Virus record (IMG/VR): IMGVR_UViG_3300045457_000127
Coordinates: 1-54,939 of that record
DNA from: a virus
Taxonomy: Duplodnaviria > Caudoviricetes
Strand: one strand, 5' to 3'
DNA: 54,939 nucleotides
Both the position numbers and the translations under genes were made by a program. Under the pieces are notes generated by a model. The model made no database searches, had not been told where the DNA came from, and saw nothing but the letters and a program-made list of their open reading frames with translations. Below are positions 16,409 through 26,602 of this stretch, in pieces. The stretch's first letter is position 1; the number at the start of each line of letters is the position of its first letter.

Positions 16409-16816
16409 ATGGCACAAGGACCGTTTATCAATAGAGCACCAGATTATGTTGACCTTGATCTGGACTTTTTCAAACATCCAACAACCAAGGATGTTATGAT
16501 GAGAACTGGTGAAGAGGCGATTAAAAGGTCTGTCCGTAATTTATTGTTTACCAACTTTTATGACAGACCTTTTAGACATTACATAGGGTCAAATGTGTAT
16601 AAGTTATTGTTTGATAATGTCAATCCGATTACTGCCATGTTTATCAAAGATGCCATAACAGAAACAATAAATAATTTTGAACCAAGAGTCCGAATTGTTA
16701 GTGTTGAAGTAGATCCAGATATCGATAACAACGGATTTAATGTGAGACTACGTTATGTTATTCTGAACCGTGAATTACCCATAGTTACAAGCCTATTCCT
16801 AGAGAGGATCAGATAA
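16409..16816 (+). CDS. gp25: Baseplate wedge subunit gp25
   Basis: Y.DLDL.F..HP.T.D, AIKRSVRNL..TN.Y.RPF, I.NFEPRV and LERIR. Confidence 0.95.
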   Translation: MAQGPFINRAPDYVDLDLDFFKHPTTKDVMMRTGEEAIKRSVRNLLFTNFYDRPFRHYIGSNVYKLLFDNVNPITAMFIKDAITETINNFEPRVRIVSVEVDPDIDNNGFNVRLRYVILNRELPIVTSLFLERIR

Positions 16817-16819
16817 GTT

Positions 16820-18898
16820 ATGGCAACAGGCAACACCGCCCTTAGAGTCACCGAACTAGACTTTATTTCAATCAAAGAAAATCTAAAAGAGTTCCTTCGC
16901 AGCCAGAGCACCTTCAGCGACTATGACTTCGAAGGTTCTGGTATGTCTGTTTTGCTAGACGTTCTGGCCTATAATACTTATTACAACTCTTTTTATCTAA
17001 ACATGGTGGCCAACGAAGCCTTTCTAGACACCGCACAAGTTAGACAAAATATCCTCTCACACGCAAAACATATCAATTATGTACCAATGTCTAGACGAGG
17101 TGCCTTTGCAAATGTAAATGTTAAAGTTACACCTTCTACATCGGAAAATCAGACAGTTCAATATATTGTTATGGACCGTTATACTCAGTTACTAGGAACT
17201 GATATCGATGGTGTCAATCATCCTTTCGTTACAATTAATGCCAATGCTGCTGGTAAAGTTGCAGGTAGTTTTAACTTTGAAGGAATACGTATTAAGCAGG
17301 GTCAGGTTATTACACAACAATATCCCGTGTTGGCTAATAACTCTTCGAGAAGATTTCAGATTCCTTCCGCTAATATCGATACTAGTACCATTACAGTCAC
17401 TGTTTTGGAATCCTCATCCAACAACTATACAGAAGAATATAAGTTATCAGAAGACTTAACAGTGGTCGAGGCAAACTCAAGAGTATTCTTCTTAGAAGAA
17501 GATGATACACTAAACTATACTCTTTACTTTGGTGATAATGTCATTGGTAAAAGACCTGCCAATGGAAATATCGTTCAAGTAACTTACTTGGATACTGTTG
17601 GTTCGGCTGCAAATTCTATCACAAGATTTACATTCTCTGAATCGGTTGGTGGCCTATTCTCTGATAACGTTATTGTCACCACTGTATCCGCTTCTTATGG
17701 AGGAACAGATAAGGAGACGGAAGAACAAATTAGATTTAGAGCGCCTCAGCATTATGTAACACAAAACCGTGCAGTAACAAAGAATGACTACGAAGCAATC
17801 ATTACTCGTGGTTTTAACAACATCGATTCTGTTTCGATCTGGGGCGGAGATGAAAATGATCCTCCTGTATTTGGTAAGGTGTATATGTCTCTTAAAACTA
17901 AAGGACTTTATGCACTATCAAACCTTGAAAAAGAATCAATTAAAAACAAATTAATACTTGAGAGAAACGTTCTAACTGTTATCCCTGAGATCGTTGATCC
18001 AGACTACACATTTGTCATGATATCTGGAAAGGTTGTTTATAATCCAACACTAACATCCAAGACAGAAAATCAGTTGATTCAAATTGTAAGAAACGCTGTA
18101 AGTGATTATAATGAAAAAGAATTAAATAAGTTTAACTCAACTTTCAGAAAAGCTCGTTTGCAGAAATATATTGAAGCCTGTGATCCATCTATTACAGGTT
18201 CAGATATTGATGTCCTGTTACAGAAACAAATAACTTTACAGATAGAAAAGGCGACCAACTATCAGATAAGGTTCAATGCTCCGATTTCTAAGAGTAGTTT
18301 CTATAACAAACTATACTCTTTTCCTCAGATCCATGTTTATGATTTACAAAATGTCCTAAGAGAGGTTTTGTTTGAAGAAGTTCCTAATTCATTTACTGGT
18401 GTTGATTACATAGGCGTTTTAAATCCTGGAAGAAACTTTTCAGGAACTCCCACTGTAACAATCACAGGCGACGGCGAAGGTGCCACAGCCACAGCGAAGG
18501 TTGTCAACGGAAGAATTTCAAGAATTGACATTGTAAATAAAGGTCAAGGATACACCAGAGCAACCGTGACCATATCAGGCGGCGGAGGGACCGAGGCAAC
18601 AGCGTTTGCAAAGTTTGAAGCAAGATATGGTGTGTTGAGAACTTATTACTATAAGCCAAATGGTGAAAAAGTTATTGTTAATGAAAAAGCCGGAACAGTA
18701 GATCACTTGTCGGGCCTTGTAACCATAGACTCATTATACACTATAGGAACAGATATCAATGACTTTTATGCCGCAGGAATCTTAACAGTTAATGCTGCGC
18801 CTGAAGAAGAAATTATCTTACCTCTAAGAAACAGAATACTTGCAATTGACACCAACAATCCACAAAGTATTCAGATTCAAATGGTGCCTGAAACCTAA
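16820..18898 (+). CDS. gp6: Baseplate wedge subunit gp6
   Basis: ELDF..IK.NLK.FL.SQ..F.DYDFEGS..S.LLDVLAYNT, FGD.VIG, QNRAVT..DY and WGGDE.DPP.FGKV. Confidence 0.96.
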   Translation: MATGNTALRVTELDFISIKENLKEFLRSQSTFSDYDFEGSGMSVLLDVLAYNTYYNSFYLNMVANEAFLDTAQVRQNILSHAKHINYVPMSRRGAFANVNVKVTPSTSENQTVQYIVMDRYTQLLGTDIDGVNHPFVTINANAAGKVAGSFNFEGIRIKQGQVITQQYPVLANNSSRRFQIPSANIDTSTITVTVLESSSNNYTEEYKLSEDLTVVEANSRVFFLEEDDTLNYTLYFGDNVIGKRPANGNIVQVTYLDTVGSAANSITRFTFSESVGGLFSDNVIVTTVSASYGGTDKETEEQIRFRAPQHYVTQNRAVTKNDYEAIITRGFNNIDSVSIWGGDENDPPVFGKVYMSLKTKGLYALSNLEKESIKNKLILERNVLTVIPEIVDPDYTFVMISGKVVYNPTLTSKTENQLIQIVRNAVSDYNEKELNKFNSTFRKARLQKYIEACDPSITGSDIDVLLQKQITLQIEKATNYQIRFNAPISKSSFYNKLYSFPQIHVYDLQNVLREVLFEEVPNSFTGVDYIGVLNPGRNFSGTPTVTITGDGEGATATAKVVNGRISRIDIVNKGQGYTRATVTISGGGGTEATAFAKFEARYGVLRTYYYKPNGEKVIVNEKAGTVDHLSGLVTIDSLYTIGTDINDFYAAGILTVNAAPEEEIILPLRNRILAIDTNNPQSIQIQMVPET

Positions 18899-21738
18899 TG
18901 CTATCAACGAATAATAAAACTTCACATTTAATAACATCACAGGTTCCAGACTTTGTTAATAGGGACCACCAGACTTTTATTGAGTTCCTTGAATACTATT
19001 ACAAGTTTATGGAAAAGTCAGGTGAAACTTTAGAGGTTTCTAAGAACCTTAGACACTATCTAGATATCGACAACGCTGTTGGTAACAATGAAGTTTTCCA
19101 GAAAAAGTTGTATGATAGTTTTATCAAAGTCATTCCTGAAACCACTATTGCCGATAAGACCATAATATTAAAACATGCCACAGACTTTTACAGGGCTCGT
19201 GGTTCAGAAAAGTCTATACGTTTTCTTCTTAGAATACTGTTTGATAAAGAAGCAGATATCTATTATCCAAAGCAGGATATTCTTAGAGCATCCGATGGTA
19301 AGTGGTTTATTGAAAAGTCGATCCGTGTTAACAAAGTTTATATTACCAGTAATGTAAGCAATACTCTTCCTATTATAACAGCAAATGATGCTGCTAATAT
19401 GCAGTTCACCCTGATAGGTGACCAGGCTGATAGATTTAAAAATTATCTGATCAGAGGTCAGACCTCGAATGCCACTGCTATTGTTGAGGACGTTGACGTT
19501 TATTATGAAAAAGGTGCAATTGTCTCCGAACTAAAACTATCAGGAATTTCAAAACCCTTTGCACCAGATGAATTTATTTACACTTACATAAATGAGGAAG
19601 GCAAAGATAAACTAATCAGAGCAAACATCTTCTCTGGTATCGTAATCAATGCCGCTCTAACCGAATCTGGAAACGGATATTTCGAAGGCGAAACAATTAG
19701 AGTTGAGTCCGTCAACGGACTAGGATCAGGTGCCAGTGTTGTTGTTCTAAAGACCACCAAAGGTGGATTGAAAAACATTCTAGTTGAATTTTCTGGTGCA
19801 GGTTTCAGACAGTCTGATGATCTTCTCATTACAGGCGGCTCGGGATTTGGCGCTTCTGGTAATGTTTTCAAAGTTAATGAGTCTGAAACATATCATCCAA
19901 ACACATACAAGTTTTTAGCCAACACAATAGCAGAAGTTTCAAATGATCTGATAGGAAATGCATTTTCAAATCTTGCTGTTATGAATGTTAATACATCAAA
20001 TCTTACAGTCTATACAGGATCGATCGGTATTAATGGAAATGTTAGTGTTGTAAACCTATCTTTTTGGTCTGGTAATTCTAATGTTTGGTTCGAGACCGGT
20101 GACCAGATAAATGTTAATAATAAAACAGTAACTGTAACATTTCTTAATCCTTCATCAAATACCATAATAGTGAACCCCGCTTTAGGAAGTAACCTAGTAA
20201 ATGAATCACTAGTAATTTATAAAAAGCCAAATGCAAATACAGCACTTGTTAATTCAATGTATTACTGGACATTTTCTAATGTCGGACCTGTAACAGCAAT
20301 TAATGTTCTGACCTCAGGAGAAGGATACAGAACATTGCCTGGTGTTAGTATCAGAGGTAATACCACAGTCCGTTCTTTGGCCATACTAGGAAGAATGAAC
20401 GTGGAATCCCGTGGTGAGAACTATCAGGCTGGTGACAGAATTGAATTTATATCAGCAAGACACACATATGGTTCAGGTGCTGTTGCATATGTCGAAAGTG
20501 TGAATGCCACCGGTGCTATTATGAACGTTAAGTTCGGTCAGATACCTGGTTATCCTGTTGGTGGAATGGGTTATGATCGTGCTAATCTTCCTGAGACTAA
20601 AATAATATCAACAGCCGGCAGTAATGCTGTTGTTAAAGTCACATCATTGTTGGGTGAAGGTGAAAGACTTATTACTCTCGTTGATACCATTGGTTCTATT
20701 CTTGATCTTCGTGTATTGACAGGCGGCTCAGGTTATACTGAACCTCCAACACTAAATCTTGCCTATAGATCAGACGGATCTAGACGATTCGAATCAGATA
20801 TTGCAAATGCCTTTACTACTGTTGTTACAGGTGTTTATACATATCCAGGTAAGTTTATCAATGATGACGGACACATTTCATCATATAACTTCTTACAGAA
20901 CAAAAACTATTATCAAAATTATTCTTATGTGGTTCGTTTGAATGAATCCATTAGTAAGTATAGAAAAGTTATTAAAGACCTTATTCATCCAGTTGGTGTT
21001 AAAGTTTTTGGTGAATATACATCATTCAATGATGAAGTCAGTTTGGCCCAGCAGAGTTCAAATGCAGTAGGAACATTATATTTTGTTTCTGAAATTAATA
21101 CAAACTTGATATTCAATCTTGATGCGGCAAATACCGAAAGTTATTCTGAAGGAAATAACTGGGTTAATATTGCTTCTAAACGTAAGCCTGGAGCTAATAT
21201 AGCGACACTAGAAAACGGAGCCAATGTCAGACACGGTGTAGTCTACTTTGATGGTGTTAATGATTATGCCAACGTAGGTAATACAGTAATATATCCTGTA
21301 ATGGCTAATAACGAATACACCGTTAGTATTTGGTTTAACAGAAAAGTAAACACAAATCTACAATATCTGGTCTCAGAATGGACAGCATCAAACACCGATG
21401 CATTCTATGTCAGTGTAAGCAATGGTAATGTTTCAGTTACCGACTCATGGGTAGATATACCAATTGCCAATGTTGCTCCTACAAATACATGGGTTTTCTT
21501 GACCGTAGTTAACAGTACCACGAATGCCCATATCTATGTTAACGATTCTTTGAAGATATCCAAAGGTAGCCCTCTATCATTTACAAAGACGGGACCATTT
21601 GTCATCGGTAGAAAAGGTGCTAATAACTCAAATTACTTTGACGGCAAGATTACAGAAATTATGGTATATACTCATCCTATGTCAAATACCGAAGTGGAAA
21701 GAAATTTCTCATTTATGAGGAATCGTTTCGGAGTTTAG
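18898..21738 (+). CDS. gp7: Baseplate wedge subunit gp7-like, with a C-terminal LamG/ConA-like domain
   Basis: QVPDFV..D...F..FL.YYY, FYRARGSEKS..FL.RILF, and LQ...YYQ.YSYV..HPVG..FGE. The C-terminus reads LDAAN..SY...W..FDGVNDY...FDGKI. Confidence 0.85.
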   Translation: MLSTNNKTSHLITSQVPDFVNRDHQTFIEFLEYYYKFMEKSGETLEVSKNLRHYLDIDNAVGNNEVFQKKLYDSFIKVIPETTIADKTIILKHATDFYRARGSEKSIRFLLRILFDKEADIYYPKQDILRASDGKWFIEKSIRVNKVYITSNVSNTLPIITANDAANMQFTLIGDQADRFKNYLIRGQTSNATAIVEDVDVYYEKGAIVSELKLSGISKPFAPDEFIYTYINEEGKDKLIRANIFSGIVINAALTESGNGYFEGETIRVESVNGLGSGASVVVLKTTKGGLKNILVEFSGAGFRQSDDLLITGGSGFGASGNVFKVNESETYHPNTYKFLANTIAEVSNDLIGNAFSNLAVMNVNTSNLTVYTGSIGINGNVSVVNLSFWSGNSNVWFETGDQINVNNKTVTVTFLNPSSNTIIVNPALGSNLVNESLVIYKKPNANTALVNSMYYWTFSNVGPVTAINVLTSGEGYRTLPGVSIRGNTTVRSLAILGRMNVESRGENYQAGDRIEFISARHTYGSGAVAYVESVNATGAIMNVKFGQIPGYPVGGMGYDRANLPETKIISTAGSNAVVKVTSLLGEGERLITLVDTIGSILDLRVLTGGSGYTEPPTLNLAYRSDGSRRFESDIANAFTTVVTGVYTYPGKFINDDGHISSYNFLQNKNYYQNYSYVVRLNESISKYRKVIKDLIHPVGVKVFGEYTSFNDEVSLAQQSSNAVGTLYFVSEINTNLIFNLDAANTESYSEGNNWVNIASKRKPGANIATLENGANVRHGVVYFDGVNDYANVGNTVIYPVMANNEYTVSIWFNRKVNTNLQYLVSEWTASNTDAFYVSVSNGNVSVTDSWVDIPIANVAPTNTWVFLTVVNSTTNAHIYVNDSLKISKGSPLSFTKTGPFVIGRKGANNSNYFDGKITEIMVYTHPMSNTEVERNFSFMRNRFGV

Positions 21739-21746
21739 TATAAATA
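21739..21746 (+). promoter_or_regulatory. Late promoter TATAAATA before gp8
   Basis: Exact T4 late consensus in the intergenic gap. Confidence 0.85.
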
Positions 21747-21770
21747 AAGTAAAACAGGAATTAAATTACT

Positions 21771-23096
21771 ATGGTTGCAGTTCACTCCAAAGAATTTGAA
21801 ATTTTCAACGCCAAACAGTTTAAAGAATCCGTTTCTGAACCAGACTCAGCAAACATATACTTTACTTTTGGTAGATGCCGCCCGTGGCCAAATGGTGACA
21901 CACCTACGGCCGCAAACACATCTATCGATGCTGATAACAATGTTTGGAAAGATATGATAGGTGGTAAAAGACTTTCTGGTAATAATATGCGTCACTGTAT
22001 ACCACGCTTTAACTGGACAGCAAATACCGTCTATAACCAGTATGATCACCTAACAGACTCTATCGCATTGAAAAATGCCAACAATAAGTTTTATGTGATT
22101 ACAGATGACTTTAATGTTTATAAGTGTATTGCTAATAACTATGGTAAAGCATCTACAGTTAAGCCTACATCTAGAAGTACCACTGTTCCTATTGAGTATG
22201 AAGACAAGTATATTTGGAAATACCTGTATACCTTGACGGCTGAAGAACAGTTAAGATTTACTACAGAGTCATATATTCCTGTTAATACACTAAAATTAGA
22301 TAATAACTCCGACCAATGGTTGGTACAAGAAAATGCCATTCCAGGTAGTTTGTTGCACGTTCAAGTTATGAACGGCGGTGTTTATACAGCAAATGATATA
22401 ACTGTAACAATTCGTGGAGATGGATTTTATGCCAATGCAGTGGCTCAGCGAAACGTCTTTTCAAATTCTGTGTCACATATTATCATGGACAATTATGGAT
22501 ACGGATATTCTTATGCTGACATTCTATTAGAATCTCCTACAGGAAGTGGCGGAATCGGCCGTGCAATTATCAGTCCTACAGGAGGACATGGATCAGACCC
22601 TCTTACAGAACTAGGCGGTTCTTATCTGATTATCAGTATAAGCCTGGCTGATTCTGAATTAGGTATTCTGACAACACATAATGATTATCGCCAAGTGGCA
22701 CTTATTGAAGATCCATTAAAGTATGGAGATAGAGACAATGTGGCCACAAATACTGTTATATCTCAGTTAACTACAGTTGCCCTGAATGGACTGTCTGTGG
22801 ATTATATCGAAGACGAGGAAGTATATCAAGGATTCTCATTTTTAAATCCTGACTTTAGAGGTGTTATTGTTGAATGGGATTCCGCAAATAGTATGATGAA
22901 ACTTTCAAATGTTGAGGGACAACCCACATCCGATCTATTGATTGGAACAGAGAGTACCGCAGCGAGATTCTTGGATTCGGTTCAATATCCAGCGTTAGAG
23001 CCTTATTCAGGAAATATACTATATATAGATAATATAAATCCAATTCAAAGATCGGAAGACCAAACAGAAACCTTCCAGATCATTCTCAGATTTTAA
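21771..23096 (+). CDS. gp8: Baseplate wedge subunit gp8
   Basis: Y..FGR..PWP, MIGGKR, FYV.TDDF.VYKCI.N, Y.WKYLYT, GGHGSDP..ELG and SG.ILYIDN..PI.R..DQTE. Confidence 0.93.
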   Translation: MVAVHSKEFEIFNAKQFKESVSEPDSANIYFTFGRCRPWPNGDTPTAANTSIDADNNVWKDMIGGKRLSGNNMRHCIPRFNWTANTVYNQYDHLTDSIALKNANNKFYVITDDFNVYKCIANNYGKASTVKPTSRSTTVPIEYEDKYIWKYLYTLTAEEQLRFTTESYIPVNTLKLDNNSDQWLVQENAIPGSLLHVQVMNGGVYTANDITVTIRGDGFYANAVAQRNVFSNSVSHIIMDNYGYGYSYADILLESPTGSGGIGRAIISPTGGHGSDPLTELGGSYLIISISLADSELGILTTHNDYRQVALIEDPLKYGDRDNVATNTVISQLTTVALNGLSVDYIEDEEVYQGFSFLNPDFRGVIVEWDSANSMMKLSNVEGQPTSDLLIGTESTAARFLDSVQYPALEPYSGNILYIDNINPIQRSEDQTETFQIILRF

Positions 23097-23108
23097 AAGG
23101 GATAAAAT

Positions 23109-26100
23109 ATGGCTTCGGCAAATGTAACCAATACTTATGTTGTTCCCGAGAGTACCAAGGTCTCTCCTTATTATGATGATTTCAGTGAAGATAAAAACTT
23201 TCATCGTATTCTTTTTAGACCTGGTTATGCTGTTCAGGCTCGTGAACTAACACAGATACAGACCATTATGCAAAACCAAGTCGAAAGATTTGGTCGTCAT
23301 ATTTTCACTAACGGATCACCTGTAATTGGAGGTGATGTTGTAATTCCTGAGGAATCATTCGGTACTATTAATCTGAGTCCTACGTATGGTGTTTCAAACA
23401 ATAGTATTACCGCATCAGACTTTATAAACAAAACAATTGTATTAACAACAGATCCTGTGAATGGCCCAAAATTTAGAGTCATGACTGCCACAGAAGGTGA
23501 TGATATAGATCCACCTTCTCTGTATGGTAGATATGTTAATGAATCAGGTTTTGCTGAAGGCGCTACAATTAAAATTGAAAATGAACCTGTATATGCAAAT
23601 TTATCCTCTGCTAATTCTTTTTCCCAGTCAAAACTTGCATTGCTTCGTGACTCTATATTCTTTTATAATGGCTATTTCGTAAAAGTACCTAAACAGACTG
23701 CCGTTATTGGAAAATATATAACTGCTCCTTCGTGTAAAGTCGGCTTAGAGTTTGATGATGATATTGTAACAGAAAACAGTGACTCAACACTATTAGACCC
23801 TGCACAGGAATCGTCAAACTTCCAGGCACCAGGTGCGGCTCGTTACAAGATGGACTTGACTCTAACAACAAGAACATTGGATTCTTCTGATGATAGTAAG
23901 TTCATTGAACTTGCTCGTATCGAAACTGGTGTTATTAAAAAACTTATTAAGTTCCCTGTTTACTCTGAGATTGAAGAAGTCTTTGCCAGAAGAACATATG
24001 AAGAATCCGGAAACTACACTGTCAGACCATTCATTATTAGTTTTGATAACGACAGATATACACCAGAAGATTTTGTTAAAGCAACTCTGACTCCAGGTAA
24101 GGCTTATATTCTTGGGTTTGAATACGAAACAATATCAGATACCGAAGTTCGTATTCCAAAGGCTAGAACTAAAAAAGATATTTTAGGATATGATCTTAAT
24201 CTAAACTATGGTAACTATGTTATTGTTGATAAGATGAATGGTCTTTTTGATGTTTCTGAAATGACCACTTTTGATATTCATTGTGTTCCTCAAAATTTTG
24301 TTAGCTACACAAACGCTAACACATATAATTCAACAAAAATTGGTACAGGGCGTATCAGAGACCTGGAATTCTATGGTGGTGATATTGATGTTGATGCTCG
24401 TCGTTACGAGTTTTATTTCTTTGATACGAGATACAGATCCATATCTGATAATGCAGCAACCGTAACGGCTAATACAGTTGTTTTGAGTAATGCATCTACA
24501 ATCTTAACCTCAAATAATAATGCGTATGTTGGTGCTAAACTAAGAGTCTTAAAAGGACCTGGATCTGGATATTCTTATGATGTTAGTGAATATGATGGAT
24601 CTACCAGAAAAATAACAATTTCTACTGACTTTTTCGAGTCAGTGAATACAAGTAGTGTTATGTCGGTAGAATTTGATTTTGCTGAATCTGAATCATTTGT
24701 TATTAGCAAAACTTATACACCTGGTGCCACAGCCAACGCCAACACCAACATTACAACTTTAAATAAAGATGGTAACTCTGCTAACGGTTCCGCTTTTGTC
24801 TTTGAATCTTCACTTAATACTCTGTTATTTCCTCTACCAGAGCAGTATGTCTCCAGTGGTATATCAAATGCTTCTTTTAGATATCGTAAGAAATACGGTG
24901 CTGTGGCATTCAATGCTGGACAATCTGACATTATTTCGTCAAGTTCAAATGAACAGTTTTTAGGATCCACAGTTTCTTCTAATACATCCTCTTCTGTTAT
25001 GGAAAACTTTTTGGTTGTGGTTACCAACAAGAAAAGTTCCGCTAGATCAAACGGAGAAATAGTAAAAGCAACGGTTTCTATTACTGGAACTCCAGAGCAG
25101 GCAACTTTTAACACAGGAAACACAAGCCCTAACGATAGTTTTGAATCTGTTATCTTTGCTAAGATGGAAACAAACGAAGGTATAGTTCCTAAGGCTAAGA
25201 CATTTGTTCAAGCCAATACAGTTGCCATGTCTTCTGAAACTCCTGTAATGATTACGGGAAGTCCAACAGGATCAACTGCTAATGTTTATCTAAATGCTGC
25301 TCAGGTAGTGATCAGCAATCCAACCAGAAAAGTTGGTGTTTCGGAATCTTTGTATATTTCTGATGCAATAGGCATTGAAAAAATCTATGACTTAGATGGT
25401 GCGAACATTCCTAATCCAGGAGAAACTTTATCTCAATTTAGAGATGTTACTGTCAGATTTGAATTTGATAGTGGCCAGAGAGATACGCATTATGATCATG
25501 CTTCAATAAGACTTAAGCCTAACTGGCCATCATGTAAAGGACCACTTTTGGTCTGCACCTATTACTATCAACATTCAATAGTTGCTGGCGGCGGAGGTTA
25601 CTTTAGCGTAGACTCTTATCCATCTCTATCAAATCCGATTTTTAATGATGGTAAACTAATTGGTGACGGATATAGTGCAATTCCTACATATACTAAGAGC
25701 GATGGACAAGTAATTGAATTGAGAGATTCAATTGACTTTAGACCTACCAGAACAAATGCTTCTGGTGCAAATCCTAATTATACGCTATATGGTATTACCA
25801 ATCCTATTGCTACTAGTGATTTTCAACTAGACTACTCTTATTATCTTGGTCGTCGTGATCTAATTGTTCTAACCTCAAACAGAACAATTGAAAGAGTTGA
25901 AGGTGTTCCTTCTAAGTTTCCACAGGATCCTTCTGTACCGAATCGTGTTATGGTATTATACTCTGTTGCCGTCCCTCCATACACAAAGAACCCTCAGAGC
26001 ATAAAGACACGATACATTGATAATCGCCGTTACACCATGCGTGATATCGGAAAGATTGATAAGAGAGTTGAAACACTTGAGTATTATGTCTCACTAAACA

Positions 26101-26576
26101 ACCTAGAAAAGAAGGCTGTTGATATGTCCATTACAGACGTTAATGGATTAGAAAGATCAAAGTATGGTATTTTTGCCGACAGCTTTACAGGCCATGTCCT
26201 TGGCAATTCTAAGTTAGAAGATTATAAGTGTGCTATGAATTTTGAAGAAGGATACTTACAGTGCCAGGCAAACACAATAGGATTTTCTCTTGCAGTAAAT
26301 GAACCTTCTTGTTTGAATGTTAAGATTCATCGTGATAAGATTACACTAACTTATGATGAAACAGAAATGTTATCTAACAAACTTGCTTCTAAAGATGTTC
26401 CTGTTGCAGAATTTTTGTTTGCTGTGTTTGATGGAAACATCATCACTCTACCTGAAGCGGATATTTGGAAGAGCACCAATGTTGAACCTGACATTATTGT
26501 AACTGATACAAATACAACAGAATACACTACTGTTGAAGTTCTACAAAGTATAGTCAACAGCCAGGCAAGAGTATAA
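23109..26576 (+). CDS. DUF4815/VrlC-like virion structural protein, N-terminal portion
   Basis: SPYYDDF...KNFHRILFRPG.AVQARELTQ.Q, APGA.R, ARRTYEESGNY.V.PF and NRRYTMRDIGKI..R...LEYY.SL..LE. Confidence 0.85.
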   Translation: MASANVTNTYVVPESTKVSPYYDDFSEDKNFHRILFRPGYAVQARELTQIQTIMQNQVERFGRHIFTNGSPVIGGDVVIPEESFGTINLSPTYGVSNNSITASDFINKTIVLTTDPVNGPKFRVMTATEGDDIDPPSLYGRYVNESGFAEGATIKIENEPVYANLSSANSFSQSKLALLRDSIFFYNGYFVKVPKQTAVIGKYITAPSCKVGLEFDDDIVTENSDSTLLDPAQESSNFQAPGAARYKMDLTLTTRTLDSSDDSKFIELARIETGVIKKLIKFPVYSEIEEVFARRTYEESGNYTVRPFIISFDNDRYTPEDFVKATLTPGKAYILGFEYETISDTEVRIPKARTKKDILGYDLNLNYGNYVIVDKMNGLFDVSEMTTFDIHCVPQNFVSYTNANTYNSTKIGTGRIRDLEFYGGDIDVDARRYEFYFFDTRYRSISDNAATVTANTVVLSNASTILTSNNNAYVGAKLRVLKGPGSGYSYDVSEYDGSTRKITISTDFFESVNTSSVMSVEFDFAESESFVISKTYTPGATANANTNITTLNKDGNSANGSAFVFESSLNTLLFPLPEQYVSSGISNASFRYRKKYGAVAFNAGQSDIISSSSNEQFLGSTVSSNTSSSVMENFLVVVTNKKSSARSNGEIVKATVSITGTPEQATFNTGNTSPNDSFESVIFAKMETNEGIVPKAKTFVQANTVAMSSETPVMITGSPTGSTANVYLNAAQVVISNPTRKVGVSESLYISDAIGIEKIYDLDGANIPNPGETLSQFRDVTVRFEFDSGQRDTHYDHASIRLKPNWPSCKGPLLVCTYYYQHSIVAGGGGYFSVDSYPSLSNPIFNDGKLIGDGYSAIPTYTKSDGQVIELRDSIDFRPTRTNASGANPNYTLYGITNPIATSDFQLDYSYYLGRRDLIVLTSNRTIERVEGVPSKFPQDPSVPNRVMVLYSVAVPPYTKNPQSIKTRYIDNRRYTMRDIGKIDKRVETLEYYVSLNNLEKKAVDMSITDVNGLERSKYGIFADSFTGHVLGNSKLEDYKCAMNFEEGYLQCQANTIGFSLAVNEPSCLNVKIHRDKITLTYDETEMLSNKLASKDVPVAEFLFAVFDGNIITLPEADIWKSTNVEPDIIVTDTNTTEYTTVEVLQSIVNSQARV

Positions 26577-26579
26577 ATA
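26572..26579 (+). promoter_or_regulatory. Late promoter TATAAATA overlapping the upstream stop codon
   Basis: Exact consensus 23 bp before the next ATG. Confidence 0.8.
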
Positions 26580-26602
26580 TTTTAAAAGGATAAATTAGTA
26601 AT

